A stretch of DNA of 64,000 nt, from assembly GCA_965218095.1 (NCBI GenBank), contig OZ244587.1, positions 4,192,001 to 4,256,000 on the forward strand, given 5' to 3'. Below the pieces are notes generated by a model. It saw nothing but the letters and a program-made list of their open reading frames with translations, had not been told where the DNA came from and did no database searches. The stretch's first letter is position 1, and each line of letters opens with the position of its first letter. The DNA comes from Candidatus Poribacteria bacterium. Lineage in GTDB: Bacteria > Poribacteria > WGA-4E > PCPOR2b. Of this stretch, positions 42,667 through 52,003 are shown piece after piece. The translations under genes were made by a program, and so were the position numbers.

Positions 42667-44127
42667 TCAATGCCGCTTGGCGAGTTTGTTCTGAGCTGCG
42701 GGATAGCCTTGTTCAGCAGCTTTTTGAAACCATTTGACTGCTTCCGCATCGTCTTGAGGGACGCCTCTGCCATATTCATACATCTCGCCAAGTTTGTACT
42801 GGGCTTTAGCATAGCCTCGTTGATGATTAGCATAACCTTGTTGGGCGGCTTTACGATACCATTTAACCGCTTCTGCATCGTCTTGAGGAACACCTCTGCC
42901 ATGCTGATACATCCAGCCAAGGTTATCTTGGGCTATGGCATAACCTTGTTGGGCAGCTTTTCGATACCACCTAATCGCCTCTCCGTCATCTTGAGGGACA
43001 CCCCTACCATTTTGATACATCCAACCGAGGTCATTCTGGGCTGCGGGATAGCCACCCTCAGCGGCTTTACGATACCACTTGACCGCTTCCGTATCGTTTT
43101 GAGGGACATCTTCGCCAACTGCATACCACCTGCCAAGGTTATACTGGGTTGTGGTATTGCCTTGTTGAGCGGTTTTACGAAACCACTTGATTGTTTCTTG
43201 ATAGTCCTTATTAACATCCCAGTTGTCTGCATACATCTCACCAAGGTTAAGCTCAGCTGATTCACTGCCCTGTTGGACAGCTTTGCAAAACCATTTGACC
43301 GCCTCCTTATAGTCCTTATCAACGCCACCTCGACCATATCGGTACATCTCGCCAAGGAAGGTTTGTGCATCAGCATCATCTTGTTGGGCAGCTTTGCGAA
43401 ACCATTTGCCTGCCTCCTCATAATCTCGCTCAACGCCATACTCCTCACCCATGCCCATGTGCGATTCATATATCAAGCCAAGGTCAGTCTGAGCTTCAGC
43501 ATTACCTTGCTCGGCGCGCATTCGCAATTGTCGGAGTTCTTCTGCTTTTTCTTCTCGCCTTTGTTTGTCTATCTCAATCCAACCCTCATATTCCCTAAGC
43601 ATCTGTAAAGCTTCCTCGCTTGAACTACTTTTAAGAAATTCGACTGCCATCTGCTTGGCAAGACCTTCATCAACCTCACTGTCTTCATTTAGGAGATGTT
43701 CAATCAGGGGCAAAAATTGATTAAGAGAATTGGGATAAATTTGGAATTGGGCAAACAACTGATGAACTGCGTTGTTCCTTGTAGATCGATCCCCTGATGT
43801 TAACGGAAATTCCAGATAGTCGCAAAATTTATCATTAAGCCGCTTTAACTGATTGGCGGTTCCCATATCAGGTTTTCTTGTAACCGCTTCTATAATAATC
43901 TGAAGATTGGTGCTTTCTTCTTTCCCTTTCAAACGTGTGTGGCAGTTGCCACAAAGCGTGATGCCGTTGTCAATTTCAGTGGCTAAGTCAGGATATTTTT
44001 CTAACGGCTTAATGTGGTGCACATGGGAATTACCATGCTCCTCACATACACGACAGGCGTCTCCATCGCGCTGTCTGACTTCTCGTCTCCACCGTTGGTA
44101 TTCTGGTGATTTGCGGATATCTTGCAT
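42667..44127 (-). CDS. HNH endonuclease fused to Sel1-like repeats
   Basis: N-terminal CRVC...VHHIKP...DNGITLCGNCH; about 7 AQxxLGxMY..GxGV..D..EA.KW..KAA.QG repeats. Confidence 0.9.
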   Translation of the reverse strand: MQDIRKSPEYQRWRREVRQRDGDACRVCEEHGNSHVHHIKPLEKYPDLATEIDNGITLCGNCHTRLKGKEESTNLQIIIEAVTRKPDMGTANQLKRLNDKFCDYLEFPLTSGDRSTRNNAVHQLFAQFQIYPNSLNQFLPLIEHLLNEDSEVDEGLAKQMAVEFLKSSSSEEALQMLREYEGWIEIDKQRREEKAEELRQLRMRAEQGNAEAQTDLGLIYESHMGMGEEYGVERDYEEAGKWFRKAAQQDDADAQTFLGEMYRYGRGGVDKDYKEAVKWFCKAVQQGSESAELNLGEMYADNWDVNKDYQETIKWFRKTAQQGNTTTQYNLGRWYAVGEDVPQNDTEAVKWYRKAAEGGYPAAQNDLGWMYQNGRGVPQDDGEAIRWYRKAAQQGYAIAQDNLGWMYQHGRGVPQDDAEAVKWYRKAAQQGYANHQRGYAKAQYKLGEMYEYGRGVPQDDAEAVKWFQKAAEQGYPAAQNKLAKRH

Positions 44128-44192
44128 AAGGATTTCCCATTTCATAGAGAACAACGCTAGTTATCCTAAACTTGCCTTTGGTTGGATAATTT

Positions 44193-44969
44193 TCAAGTCT
44201 GTTTACGTAAATCAACGATCTGCAGTAGATGACTTGCCAAAATTATCATTTCAGATGCTTCTTCTGCAGTCACCTTTACATCTCGGTGACTGAAGGGATT
44301 CTTATAAGAACCAATTGCCCCAGCAAATAAGGCTAATCGAGCTTCTTTTTCTGCTTCAGGTTGATTAGGATCGGTTAAATTACCTGTCTTAGCATGAAAT
44401 GCTTTACGCATCAGGGTAGTTCCATAATCTGTCTCTGCATATTCCCCGGCTTCGCGGACAGCGATCTCGACCTCTATGAATGCGTGAAGAACAGCGATAC
44501 GATAGTCGCCTAGCAGGAATTTAGACCACACTTGTTCAGCGATTATGGAGTGAAGTTGATCTTTAGGTAAAAGTTTCGCCTTGCGATAAGCTTCTAGGTC
44601 CTTGTCTGTTTTGATTGTTTTTCCTCGTCTCGTAACGAAGTACACAGTTATGTCACCGGTGGACGTTTCGCCTGATAAGTTAGTTGGTCTTGGGGCAACT
44701 AGTCCTTCATTTTCCAACCATTGCCAAGCCTCCATAAGTGCAAAGAGAATCTTATTGTCGTGTTCAGGAGGGTATTTTTGACGCATCTCTCTTTGCATAG
44801 TCTCAAATGCTCTTAACATGGGATCGTGTGATATGACATTGCTTGGAATTATGCGCTGATCGTCCTCTAAAGATATTAAGAGCGGTCCGGCAAGTTCCTC
44901 TGGCTCAACAGCTAATAAAGATTCTGCGTCTGGAAATGTCTCAAATAGCTTTGGGAATATTTGTTGCAT
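44193..44969 (-). CDS. TIGR02391 / Hypoth_Ymh family protein (predicted HEPN)
   Basis: ALMEAWQWLE..GL, AVLHAFIEVEIAVR, GTTLMRKAF, LFAGAIGSYKNPFSHR, EMIILASHLL. Confidence 0.85.
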   Translation of the reverse strand: MQQIFPKLFETFPDAESLLAVEPEELAGPLLISLEDDQRIIPSNVISHDPMLRAFETMQREMRQKYPPEHDNKILFALMEAWQWLENEGLVAPRPTNLSGETSTGDITVYFVTRRGKTIKTDKDLEAYRKAKLLPKDQLHSIIAEQVWSKFLLGDYRIAVLHAFIEVEIAVREAGEYAETDYGTTLMRKAFHAKTGNLTDPNQPEAEKEARLALFAGAIGSYKNPFSHRDVKVTAEEASEMIILASHLLQIVDLRKQT

Positions 44970-45040
44970 AGTGTGTTATCTTCTTTCATTGTCCTTACTG
45001 TGTCAGATCTGTCAGCAGGATTTGGTAAATTATGTTTTAC

Positions 45041-45078
45041 CAATCATACCTTCCCAAGGGCTTGACGCCGTCGCATAA
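45041..45078 (-). repeat. Diverged duplicate of the thiG 3' end
   Basis: CAATCATACCTTCCCAAGGGCTTGACGCCGTCGCATA versus CAATCATACCTTCCAAAGGGCTCGATGCTGTCGCGTA at ~45553-45589. Confidence 0.85.
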
Positions 45079-45155
45079 AATCGTGGCTTCTGTTTTCAAA
45101 AGAAGATGTGCCCGTTACATAGACCTCTGGATTGCATCTGATAATAGCGAGTCCG

Positions 45156-45515
45156 TCAATGCCGCTTGGCAAGCTGGTTCTGGGCTGAGACATCGCCTTG
45201 TTCGGCAGCTCTGCGAAACCACTTGACAGCTTCCGCGTCGTTTTGAGGAACACCCCTGCCATATTGATACATCCAGCCGAGGTTATTTTGGGCTGCGGAA
45301 TAGCTGCTCTCAGCAGCTTTGCGAAATCATTTGACAGCCTCAGCATCGTCTTGAGGGACACCCGCGCCAACTACATACCTCCTGCCGAGGCTGAACTGGG
45401 CGTCGGCATCGCTTGGCTCGGTAAGCGTTTTCAATTCCTTTAGTGTCTCTGTTTCCCGTTTTCGCTCTTCGGTTTCAATTCGTTGATATGCTGATGATGT
45501 GCGGCCATCTAACAT
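45156..45515 (-). pseudogene. HNH-Sel1 paralog with the HNH domain deleted and a nonsense mutation
   Basis: MLDGRTSSAYQR joined directly to linker and Sel1 repeats; TGA 45327-45329 at a Trp position; ends AQNQLAKRH*. Confidence 0.85.
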
Positions 45516-45541
45516 GAGAACTTCCCTCAAAATCTACCCTA

Positions 45542-46318
45542 TTACGCTTTGTCAATCATACCTTCCAAAGGGCTCGATGCTGTCGCGTAGAGTTTTCTCG
45601 GAATCCGCCCTGCCAGAAATGCCTCCCTGCCCGCTTCGACCGCCTTTCGCATGGCGGTTGCCATCAGTACCGGCTGACGCGCTTTGGCAACCGCGGTGCT
45701 GAGTAGGACGCCGTCACAGCCGAGTTCCATCGCAATCGCTGCGTCGGAGGCGGTCCCGACCCCCGCATCGACGATCACGGGGACACTGACGGTATCGCGG
45801 ATAATCTGGATGTTGTACGGGTTGCGGATGCCCATGCCTGAACCAATCGGCGCCCCCAACGGCATCACCGTTGCGCACCCGATGTCTTCCAACTTCTTAC
45901 AGGTAATCGGATCGTCATTGCAGTAGGGCATCACGGTGAACCCATCTTTGACCAGCGTCGCGGCTGCGGGTAGCAACTGCTCAACGTCGGGAAACAGGGT
46001 CTGGTCGTCGCCGATGACCTCTAACTTGACGAGTAAGGTTTCGAGTGCTTCACGCGCGAGTTGTGCTGTCAGCACGGCATCCTTTGCCGTGAAACAACCT
46101 GCGGTGTTCGGTAAGATTGTGTATCCCTTCTCACGAAGGAGGTTGAACAGATTTTCCCCTGAAGCCTCGCTGAGTTTCACCCGGCGCATGGCGACGGTAG
46201 CGATTTCCGCACCGGTCGCTTCAAGCGACCGGATCATCAGGTCGAAATTGGGGTAACCGGCTGTACCGATTAGCAGTCGTGATTGATAAACGTTATCACC
46301 AATTTTGAGTCCTTCCAT
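45542..46318 (-). CDS. thiG: Thiazole synthase
   Basis: [44 protein letters not shown]. Confidence 0.97.
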   Translation of the reverse strand: MEGLKIGDNVYQSRLLIGTAGYPNFDLMIRSLEATGAEIATVAMRRVKLSEASGENLFNLLREKGYTILPNTAGCFTAKDAVLTAQLAREALETLLVKLEVIGDDQTLFPDVEQLLPAAATLVKDGFTVMPYCNDDPITCKKLEDIGCATVMPLGAPIGSGMGIRNPYNIQIIRDTVSVPVIVDAGVGTASDAAIAMELGCDGVLLSTAVAKARQPVLMATAMRKAVEAGREAFLAGRIPRKLYATASSPLEGMIDKA

Positions 46319-46344
46319 TTTTTCCTCTTTCTCATTCTGTCGTC

Positions 46345-47383
46345 AATGTAGCAACTCTCTTTGAATCCACTGACAAGCAATCCAACGACTATATTGAGCG
46401 GATTGCTCAACTGGAGCAACTCGTTGGCAGATTGACCATGGTGTTAGACATCCCCCAAAAAGCCTCCACTTGGCTGACTTGAATCGGTCTCAAAAGCAAC
46501 AGATGGTTGAGGCTTTGCACACGGATTACTCAGTTCGACGCATTTGTGATACACTCGGCTTCAATCGGAGCAGTCTCTATTATCAACAAAAGCATGACCC
46601 CTTTGAACAAGTGCTACGGGGTGAAACTGAGAAACTATCTACCCCGAGATATGGCTATAGACGTATCACCCAGCTCAGCTGCTGTTGCGTATGGGATACA
46701 CGGTCGGTTACCGACGCGTCGCCCGACTGATGAAAGCAGACAATCTGTCGGTTGCTGTAAAACGTGCCTGTCAAACCACCCAATCGTTTGACTGTGTTGG
46801 TCAATCAGTCAATCGGGTTGAGAATCTTGACATCTGTCGAAGCAATCAGGTTTGGGTCGGTGATATGACCTATGTCCGACTCAAGTTGCTTTGAATCCCG
46901 ATCTTATCGGGGGGGCAATTCATCTATGTTTCGGTGTTAATCGATGTATTGACTCGAATGGGAAGAGGCTGGCAACTGAGTCGGCAGTTGACACAACCTC
47001 TCACATTGAGACCGTTGCAACAGGCATTAAGCCAAAGCGTTCCAGAGATTCACCCTAGCGACCAGGGAGTTCAGTATCTTTCGACAGCTTATATTTCCAC
47101 TCTCATCGGTCATGGGATTGACATCTCCTTAGCCCATCGGGGGTGTCCGTGGGAGAACGGCTACGCCGAAAGACTGATAAGAACCCTCAAGGAGGAAGAG
47201 GTGTATCTCAATGGCTACGATGATATAATGGATGCCAGAGCGCGAATCGGGCATTTTATTGTACAAGTTTATAACCAGAAAAGACCTCACTCGGTGTTAG
47301 GGTATTTGACGCCGGTTGAATTTGAGCAACAACACTTGGTTTAACTTTGATGATTTCTGGTCTAAATTACCGTTGGCACTTCA
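46345..47383 (+). mobile_element. Degenerate IS3-family element lacking its left end
   Basis: orfA tail ERIAQLEQLVGRLT..KASTWL; orfB YGYRR, WVGDMTY, SDQGVQY, WENGYAER, YNQKRPHS; right end ...GGCACTTCA; frameshifts plus a 27-bp insertion. Confidence 0.9.
46886..46912 (-). repeat. 27-bp palindromic element inserted in the IS3 transposase
   Basis: Reverse complement CCCCGATAAGATCGGGATTCAAAGCAA matches 42516-42542 at 26 of 27 positions. Confidence 0.9.
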
Positions 47384-47760
47384 TAATCCAAGTCCTTTCA
47401 GAACTTCGGGTTGGTAGCGGTTGATGATATATAAATGTTCATCGGCAGGTGCAATCAATTGTATTAGCTGCTGTGTTTCTAATAAAGCACGAAATATTTT
47501 TGCTTCAGATTCTTTAGAGACTTTAATTAGTGGCATAGTCTTTCCTCCCGTTGTCATACTTTCGTTTTTCAATCATACAAAATCCAGGCGTTGGTGTCAA
47601 GGCTAATTTTGTTCTGCCTGCCTTTTAATCTTTCCCTCCCATTATGTTTTACTTTCCGTTTGAAGTCTGACGTGGTAAAATAATGCTATCAAGTGGGATG
47701 TCAGCAGCCGTAGCTTGTCACCGCTGTACGTATTGAGGCACTGTTATGATTAACACAGAG

Positions 47761-47957
47761 ATGCTGTCAGAAATCTTTTCTGGAACCGATGAGGTCGTGG
47801 CAACCTACTTCTTCGGCTTACAGGTCAAAGGCAGGACCGACATTATTATCGAGTGGATCCAGCGGAAATCTATCAAATCTTGACAGAAAATCTGTCAGAC
47901 ATCCAGAAGTGGCAAGACAGATTGTTAGAGATTATCGAACCAGGAACAAATGATTGA
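47761..47957 (+). pseudogene. MNT-HEPN (DUF86) toxin-antitoxin relic fused by deletion
   Basis: MNT start EVVATYFFG..VKG, then in another frame HYYRVDPAEIYQILTENLSDI. Confidence 0.6.
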
Positions 47958-47995
47958 AGGTAAGGTTTCAGAGCATCTTAGAGAGGAGAAGTTGC

Positions 47996-49189
47996 ATGCC
48001 CGACGTTATTGTTGGACATATTGAAGCCCCGGAAAGCCTTGAACCGGTGTTCACCGAATTCGATCGACATCACCCCGGCTTGAAGATGGGGTGCGGTCAT
48101 TTCGACGGCGATGCAGGTGAGCTTGTCGCAGAGTACGATGGCGTGCGATATATCTGGATCGATCAAGGCGTCGGAGATGTCTTTCTGGACGCGGGCTATC
48201 GCACGCAGGAAGGAGATGGAGAGAAGTTGTCAGCGGTCTACGAAACAGATGAATGTGATGACGAAACCTGGCCCATCCTGCAAACGTTGGCGGAAAACCT
48301 TAACACACTTCATGAACGAATCCGACCGCCGGTCGAGGCGATTTTGGACCGGATCGCCGGGAGAATGCTCACCGGCGGCATCGCCGGCGAGATCCGGCTG
48401 ATGGAAGAGAGCAGCATTCCCCGCGAGAAATGGACGACCCGACCGAAAGTTCGCCGCGCCTTTGACCTATTGTTGGAAAGTTACGTCATCGTTGGCTGGT
48501 CAACCAAGCAAGTCGGCTCGTTTGAACCGATTCAAGCCGGCGATCAGCTCACAGCAGCGGCGGATGAGCCGATTCGGGTGCGTGGGAAGTTCCGCTACTG
48601 GTGGATCGAGAACACAGATATCTTCATGACCCACGTAACGACTACCCGCCGGTTGCGCTACCTCCGTGATACTGCGGGCGGATGCAATTTTGTGTTTGAC
48701 ACCTTTCGCCGTCTGCCCATGACCTGGCATTGCAACACGGCGACAGAGGATGAAGCTGATGGTGTCAATTCAGTCAACAGCTATGTCGTCAACATTGCCG
48801 CCGAAACCTCACAGACACATTACTACCCGGCGACGCCGATTGGTGGCGGAAAGGCGCAGTACGAAATTTATTTTGTCTTAGATCCAAGTGTGTATTCGCT
48901 AAACACCTATGGACGCAAGAGTTACCTGTACGCTTTCCCCAATGTCGCGGATTTGACCCGTTACGAGGAGATCCCTCTCAGACCCGGTACAGTAGTCTAT
49001 ATCCCACCCGACACCGGGCATCGAGGGGTTGATGCGTTTGTGAATGTCGTGACGCTACCCGGCTTCAAGCCACACAATGAGATCTACTTGGACCAGCAGA
49101 TTAAGGATACCACCAACGGGAAATCTCCGTATAACGGAAGAGTCGTTCACTGTCATAAGGAACCAATCAATGCAGAAATGGTATGCTAA
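47996..49189 (+). CDS. Hypothetical protein with a C-terminal cupin-like domain
   Basis: THYY...QYEIYFV and LRPGTVVYIPPDTGHRG; GAGGAG RBS. Confidence 0.65.
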   Translation: MPDVIVGHIEAPESLEPVFTEFDRHHPGLKMGCGHFDGDAGELVAEYDGVRYIWIDQGVGDVFLDAGYRTQEGDGEKLSAVYETDECDDETWPILQTLAENLNTLHERIRPPVEAILDRIAGRMLTGGIAGEIRLMEESSIPREKWTTRPKVRRAFDLLLESYVIVGWSTKQVGSFEPIQAGDQLTAAADEPIRVRGKFRYWWIENTDIFMTHVTTTRRLRYLRDTAGGCNFVFDTFRRLPMTWHCNTATEDEADGVNSVNSYVVNIAAETSQTHYYPATPIGGGKAQYEIYFVLDPSVYSLNTYGRKSYLYAFPNVADLTRYEEIPLRPGTVVYIPPDTGHRGVDAFVNVVTLPGFKPHNEIYLDQQIKDTTNGKSPYNGRVVHCHKEPINAEMVC

Positions 49190-49367
49190 CAAAGTCCTTT
49201 TGAACACCCTTATCCTCATCATGGTCGTTGGGTTTATGGGGTACATACTTCAACCATCCCTTCAAATCGAGCAGTTAGGGCTTGTCGTCTTCTTAACCGC
49301 CGGAACGTTGGTTATGATTAGAGGCGTCGTGAAGATTACAATGGGCATGCGAAAAACGGGACGATAG
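49183..49367 (+). CDS. Possible small membrane protein or fragment
   Basis: Two hydrophobic stretches; start uncertain. Confidence 0.3.
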
Positions 49368-49426
49368 CCATTGGAGTGTGCAAATCGGGGGTTATATAGT
49401 AACGGAGAAAAATCCAACGATCTTTT

Positions 49427-49680
49427 TCAGATTAAGTGTCGAGTCTTGATGAAATGACGAACAGCCATACGTGCCCCCCCCCCCCTAATCTTAGCAATCG
49501 AAGTTTTTGCAAGTTCCTTTGAAAGTAACAGGCGAATCTCCTCTTCTCTGCCATCAAGCTTTGAATTTGTTGTGCCCTTGGGGTGACCAATCGCCTTTCC
49601 TTTTGCTTGAGCATTTGCCAATCCTTCTTTAGTCTGTTGTGAGATCAGGTCCCGCTCAATTTCAGCAAAAAGACTGTTTG
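49427..49680 (-). pseudogene. Serine recombinase/resolvase C-terminal fragment
   Basis: FAEIERDLISQQTKEGL..A..KG..IG.PKG followed by an HTH-like tail. Confidence 0.8.
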
Positions 49681-49721
49681 CGGAAGTGAACTCTCCAACT
49701 CTCAACATCTATGGGAAAAAC

Positions 49722-50780
49722 ATGTCAAAATTGCGCGTTGGAATAATTGGATCCAAATTCGCCGCTCGACTGCATGCAGAAGCGTACCTCAAGTGTCCAT
49801 CCGCTGAATTGTACGCGGCAGCCTCGCCAAACTGCGAGCATGTCGAGCAATTTGGGGTTGAATACAAGCTCGCGAAGGTTTATACCGATTACCGCCAAAT
49901 GTTCGACGAAGAATCGTTAGATCTCGTCAGCATCTGCGTGCCTAACTTTCTGCACAAAACGGTTACGCTCGAAGCCGCAGAACGTGACGTCCATATCATC
50001 TGTGAGAAACCGCTCGCAACAGCCGTGGCAGATGCCGAAGCAATGGTCGGTGGGTGCGCGAAAAACGGCGTCAAACTGATGTATGCCGAGGATTGGCTGT
50101 TTGCGCCGGCTTTGCAGCGGGCGAAGCAGTTATACGAGGAGGGGGCAATCGGCAAGTTACTCTGCGTCAAAGCGAAGGAAAGCCACAGCGGTTCACATTC
50201 GATTTACGCGCAGAAAGTCGAATACTGCGGCGGTGGGGCGTTGATTCATTTGGGTATCCATCCAACCGGATTTGTACGCTGGTTTGTCGGCGGAGAAGTG
50301 ACGGAAGTAATGGGACAGGTCAGCGGCGGCGGGGCAGAAAATTTGCTGCACGAACAGTTTGAAGGCGAAGATTGGGCGACGGCGACATTAACTTTTGAGA
50401 ATGGCGTGCGCGCCCAAATCGATGCAAATTACATCACCTACGGCGGCATGGATAATCAGGTCGAAATCTACGGGAGCGAGGGCAATCTGCGGGTTGATCT
50501 CACGCAATCCTCGCCGGTCCGCGCATTCAGTCTGCACGGCTTCGACTATGCAACTGAGAAGTCGGAAACCACAATCGGTTGGACGCGCCCCGCCGTTGAC
50601 GAAGAATGGCTGCTCGGCTATCCACAGGAGATGGCACATTTCGTCGATTGTGTGCAACGCGATCGCGAACCGATGTGGGGTGCTCGCGGCGAGGACGGGC
50701 TGGAAGCGTTGCAAATCGTGATGGCGGTTTACGAGTCGGCAAAGTCGGGGGCACGAATTGAACTGAAACGCGAAAGGTGA
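49722..50780 (+). CDS. Gfo/Idh/MocA oxidoreductase
   Basis: GIIGSKFAA, VPNFLH, CEKPLA, GGGALIHLGIH. Confidence 0.92.
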   Translation: MSKLRVGIIGSKFAARLHAEAYLKCPSAELYAAASPNCEHVEQFGVEYKLAKVYTDYRQMFDEESLDLVSICVPNFLHKTVTLEAAERDVHIICEKPLATAVADAEAMVGGCAKNGVKLMYAEDWLFAPALQRAKQLYEEGAIGKLLCVKAKESHSGSHSIYAQKVEYCGGGALIHLGIHPTGFVRWFVGGEVTEVMGQVSGGGAENLLHEQFEGEDWATATLTFENGVRAQIDANYITYGGMDNQVEIYGSEGNLRVDLTQSSPVRAFSLHGFDYATEKSETTIGWTRPAVDEEWLLGYPQEMAHFVDCVQRDREPMWGARGEDGLEALQIVMAVYESAKSGARIELKRER

Positions 50781-50818
50781 TGCATAATGAATAAAACTCA
50801 CTCGTTACGTCTCACGCA

Positions 50819-50985
50819 TCACCTGTTGATTCTAACGAAGGTCAGTTCTACAATTGGGGAAGACAGTTCCAGCATATCAAAGAGAACGCTTTTCAGGACA
50901 AGTTTACTTTCTTTCTCGCCGAACAGTTTCTTAAACCCAAAATCGGTTGTTGGATCCAAGTATCTGGCAAACAGTTCAGTATCCC
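50819..50985 (-). pseudogene. Rpn / PD-(D/E)xK putative transposase N-terminal fragment
   Basis: RYLDPTTDFGFKKLFG...PIVELTF. Confidence 0.75.
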
Positions 50986-50990
50986 CTTTC

Positions 50991-51791
50991 TCATGAACGC
51001 CTCCGCTTTTTGCGTCTTGGTGGCGGCGGTGCCGGGGCAGTCACTGCCTCCGTTACAGTGGGACGATGCGTGACCCAGTAAATAAGCCAACCACCAATAA
51101 TGACCATCAAAATACTTATGAATTGTGCTTCTGTCATCCCGAAGAGGACCGGCCGATTCAGCCGAAAGAATTCTGCGATGAAACGCTCGATTCCCGCCAG
51201 GATAAACGCTCCGCCCAACAGCCACCCCGGCGTGCCTTCTTTCCGTTTGCGGAGATACCACAGCACTCCAAAACCGATCAGCGACATCCCTGTTTCATAC
51301 AGTGGCGTCGGATGGACAGGAACATCAGTCGGCACCGTACCGTTGGGAAATGGCATCGCCCATGGCAGGTCTGTGGGTTGTCCGTAGTCTCCATCTCCAG
51401 AGAGGAAGCATCCGATTCGCCCAATCCCATATCCGAGCAAAACCAACATACCAATCGAATCAAGTGTCGGCAGAATCGGATTGGGGGACCAATGGATAAC
51501 AAACAGAACGGTTGCAAGCGCACCGATGACGCCACCATACCAAACCAGCCCGCTATTTGAAATCAGTTCAGCCATTTCGACCGTGCCGTTTTGCAACGCT
51601 GAGTAGAATTTTGCGCCAACAATTCCTCCGACTGCAGCTACAAAGACTATCGATGACGCCGGGCGCGGGTCCAGTCCTTTCCTTGCTAACTCGCGCTGTG
51701 AAATGAACATGACGGTAAGAAAGGCTAACGCCATCATCAGTCCGAAGCTATGAATCGCTATGGGGCCAAAATCAATGAGTGTTGGGTACAT
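50991..51791 (-). CDS. lgt: Prolipoprotein diacylglyceryl transferase
   Basis: MYPTL, GLVWYGG, IGRIGCFLSGDGDYG, HPTPLYE, RFIAEFFR. Confidence 0.9.
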   Translation of the reverse strand: MYPTLIDFGPIAIHSFGLMMALAFLTVMFISQRELARKGLDPRPASSIVFVAAVGGIVGAKFYSALQNGTVEMAELISNSGLVWYGGVIGALATVLFVIHWSPNPILPTLDSIGMLVLLGYGIGRIGCFLSGDGDYGQPTDLPWAMPFPNGTVPTDVPVHPTPLYETGMSLIGFGVLWYLRKRKEGTPGWLLGGAFILAGIERFIAEFFRLNRPVLFGMTEAQFISILMVIIGGWLIYWVTHRPTVTEAVTAPAPPPPRRKKRRRS

Positions 51792-52003
51792 TAGTTTCTT
51801 CCTCAGTTTTGAAACTCAATTTATGGAAAATGGATACAAATTTTTCTATATTTTCAGTGATGCATTGATGGGAGCGAGTGAATCAGTGTCTGGTGTTTCC
51901 GTCAGCTACCAACACCCGGTCACTAGGCAACTTTTCGAAAATCGTATGCAAGAATTTATGCCAGGTACTTTATCATTTCTCTGTTTCCCCATTTCCTTGT
52001 GCT

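Noticed and set aside
42643-43260. 205-aa repetitive ORF on the plus strand
   Set aside because: Antisense shadow of the Sel1 repeats.
45327-45329. In-frame TGA as selenocysteine or an alternative genetic code
   Set aside because: It is a single-base change from TGG in a deleted paralog; intact genes use TGG for Trp and TGA as stop.
42667-45515. Diversity-generating retroelement template/variable repeat pair
   Set aside because: No reverse transcriptase in the window, and differences between copies are not adenine-specific.
49474-49486. Poly-C tract as a phase-variation switch
   Set aside because: It lies in a resolvase relic with no 5' half; may be a sequencing artefact.
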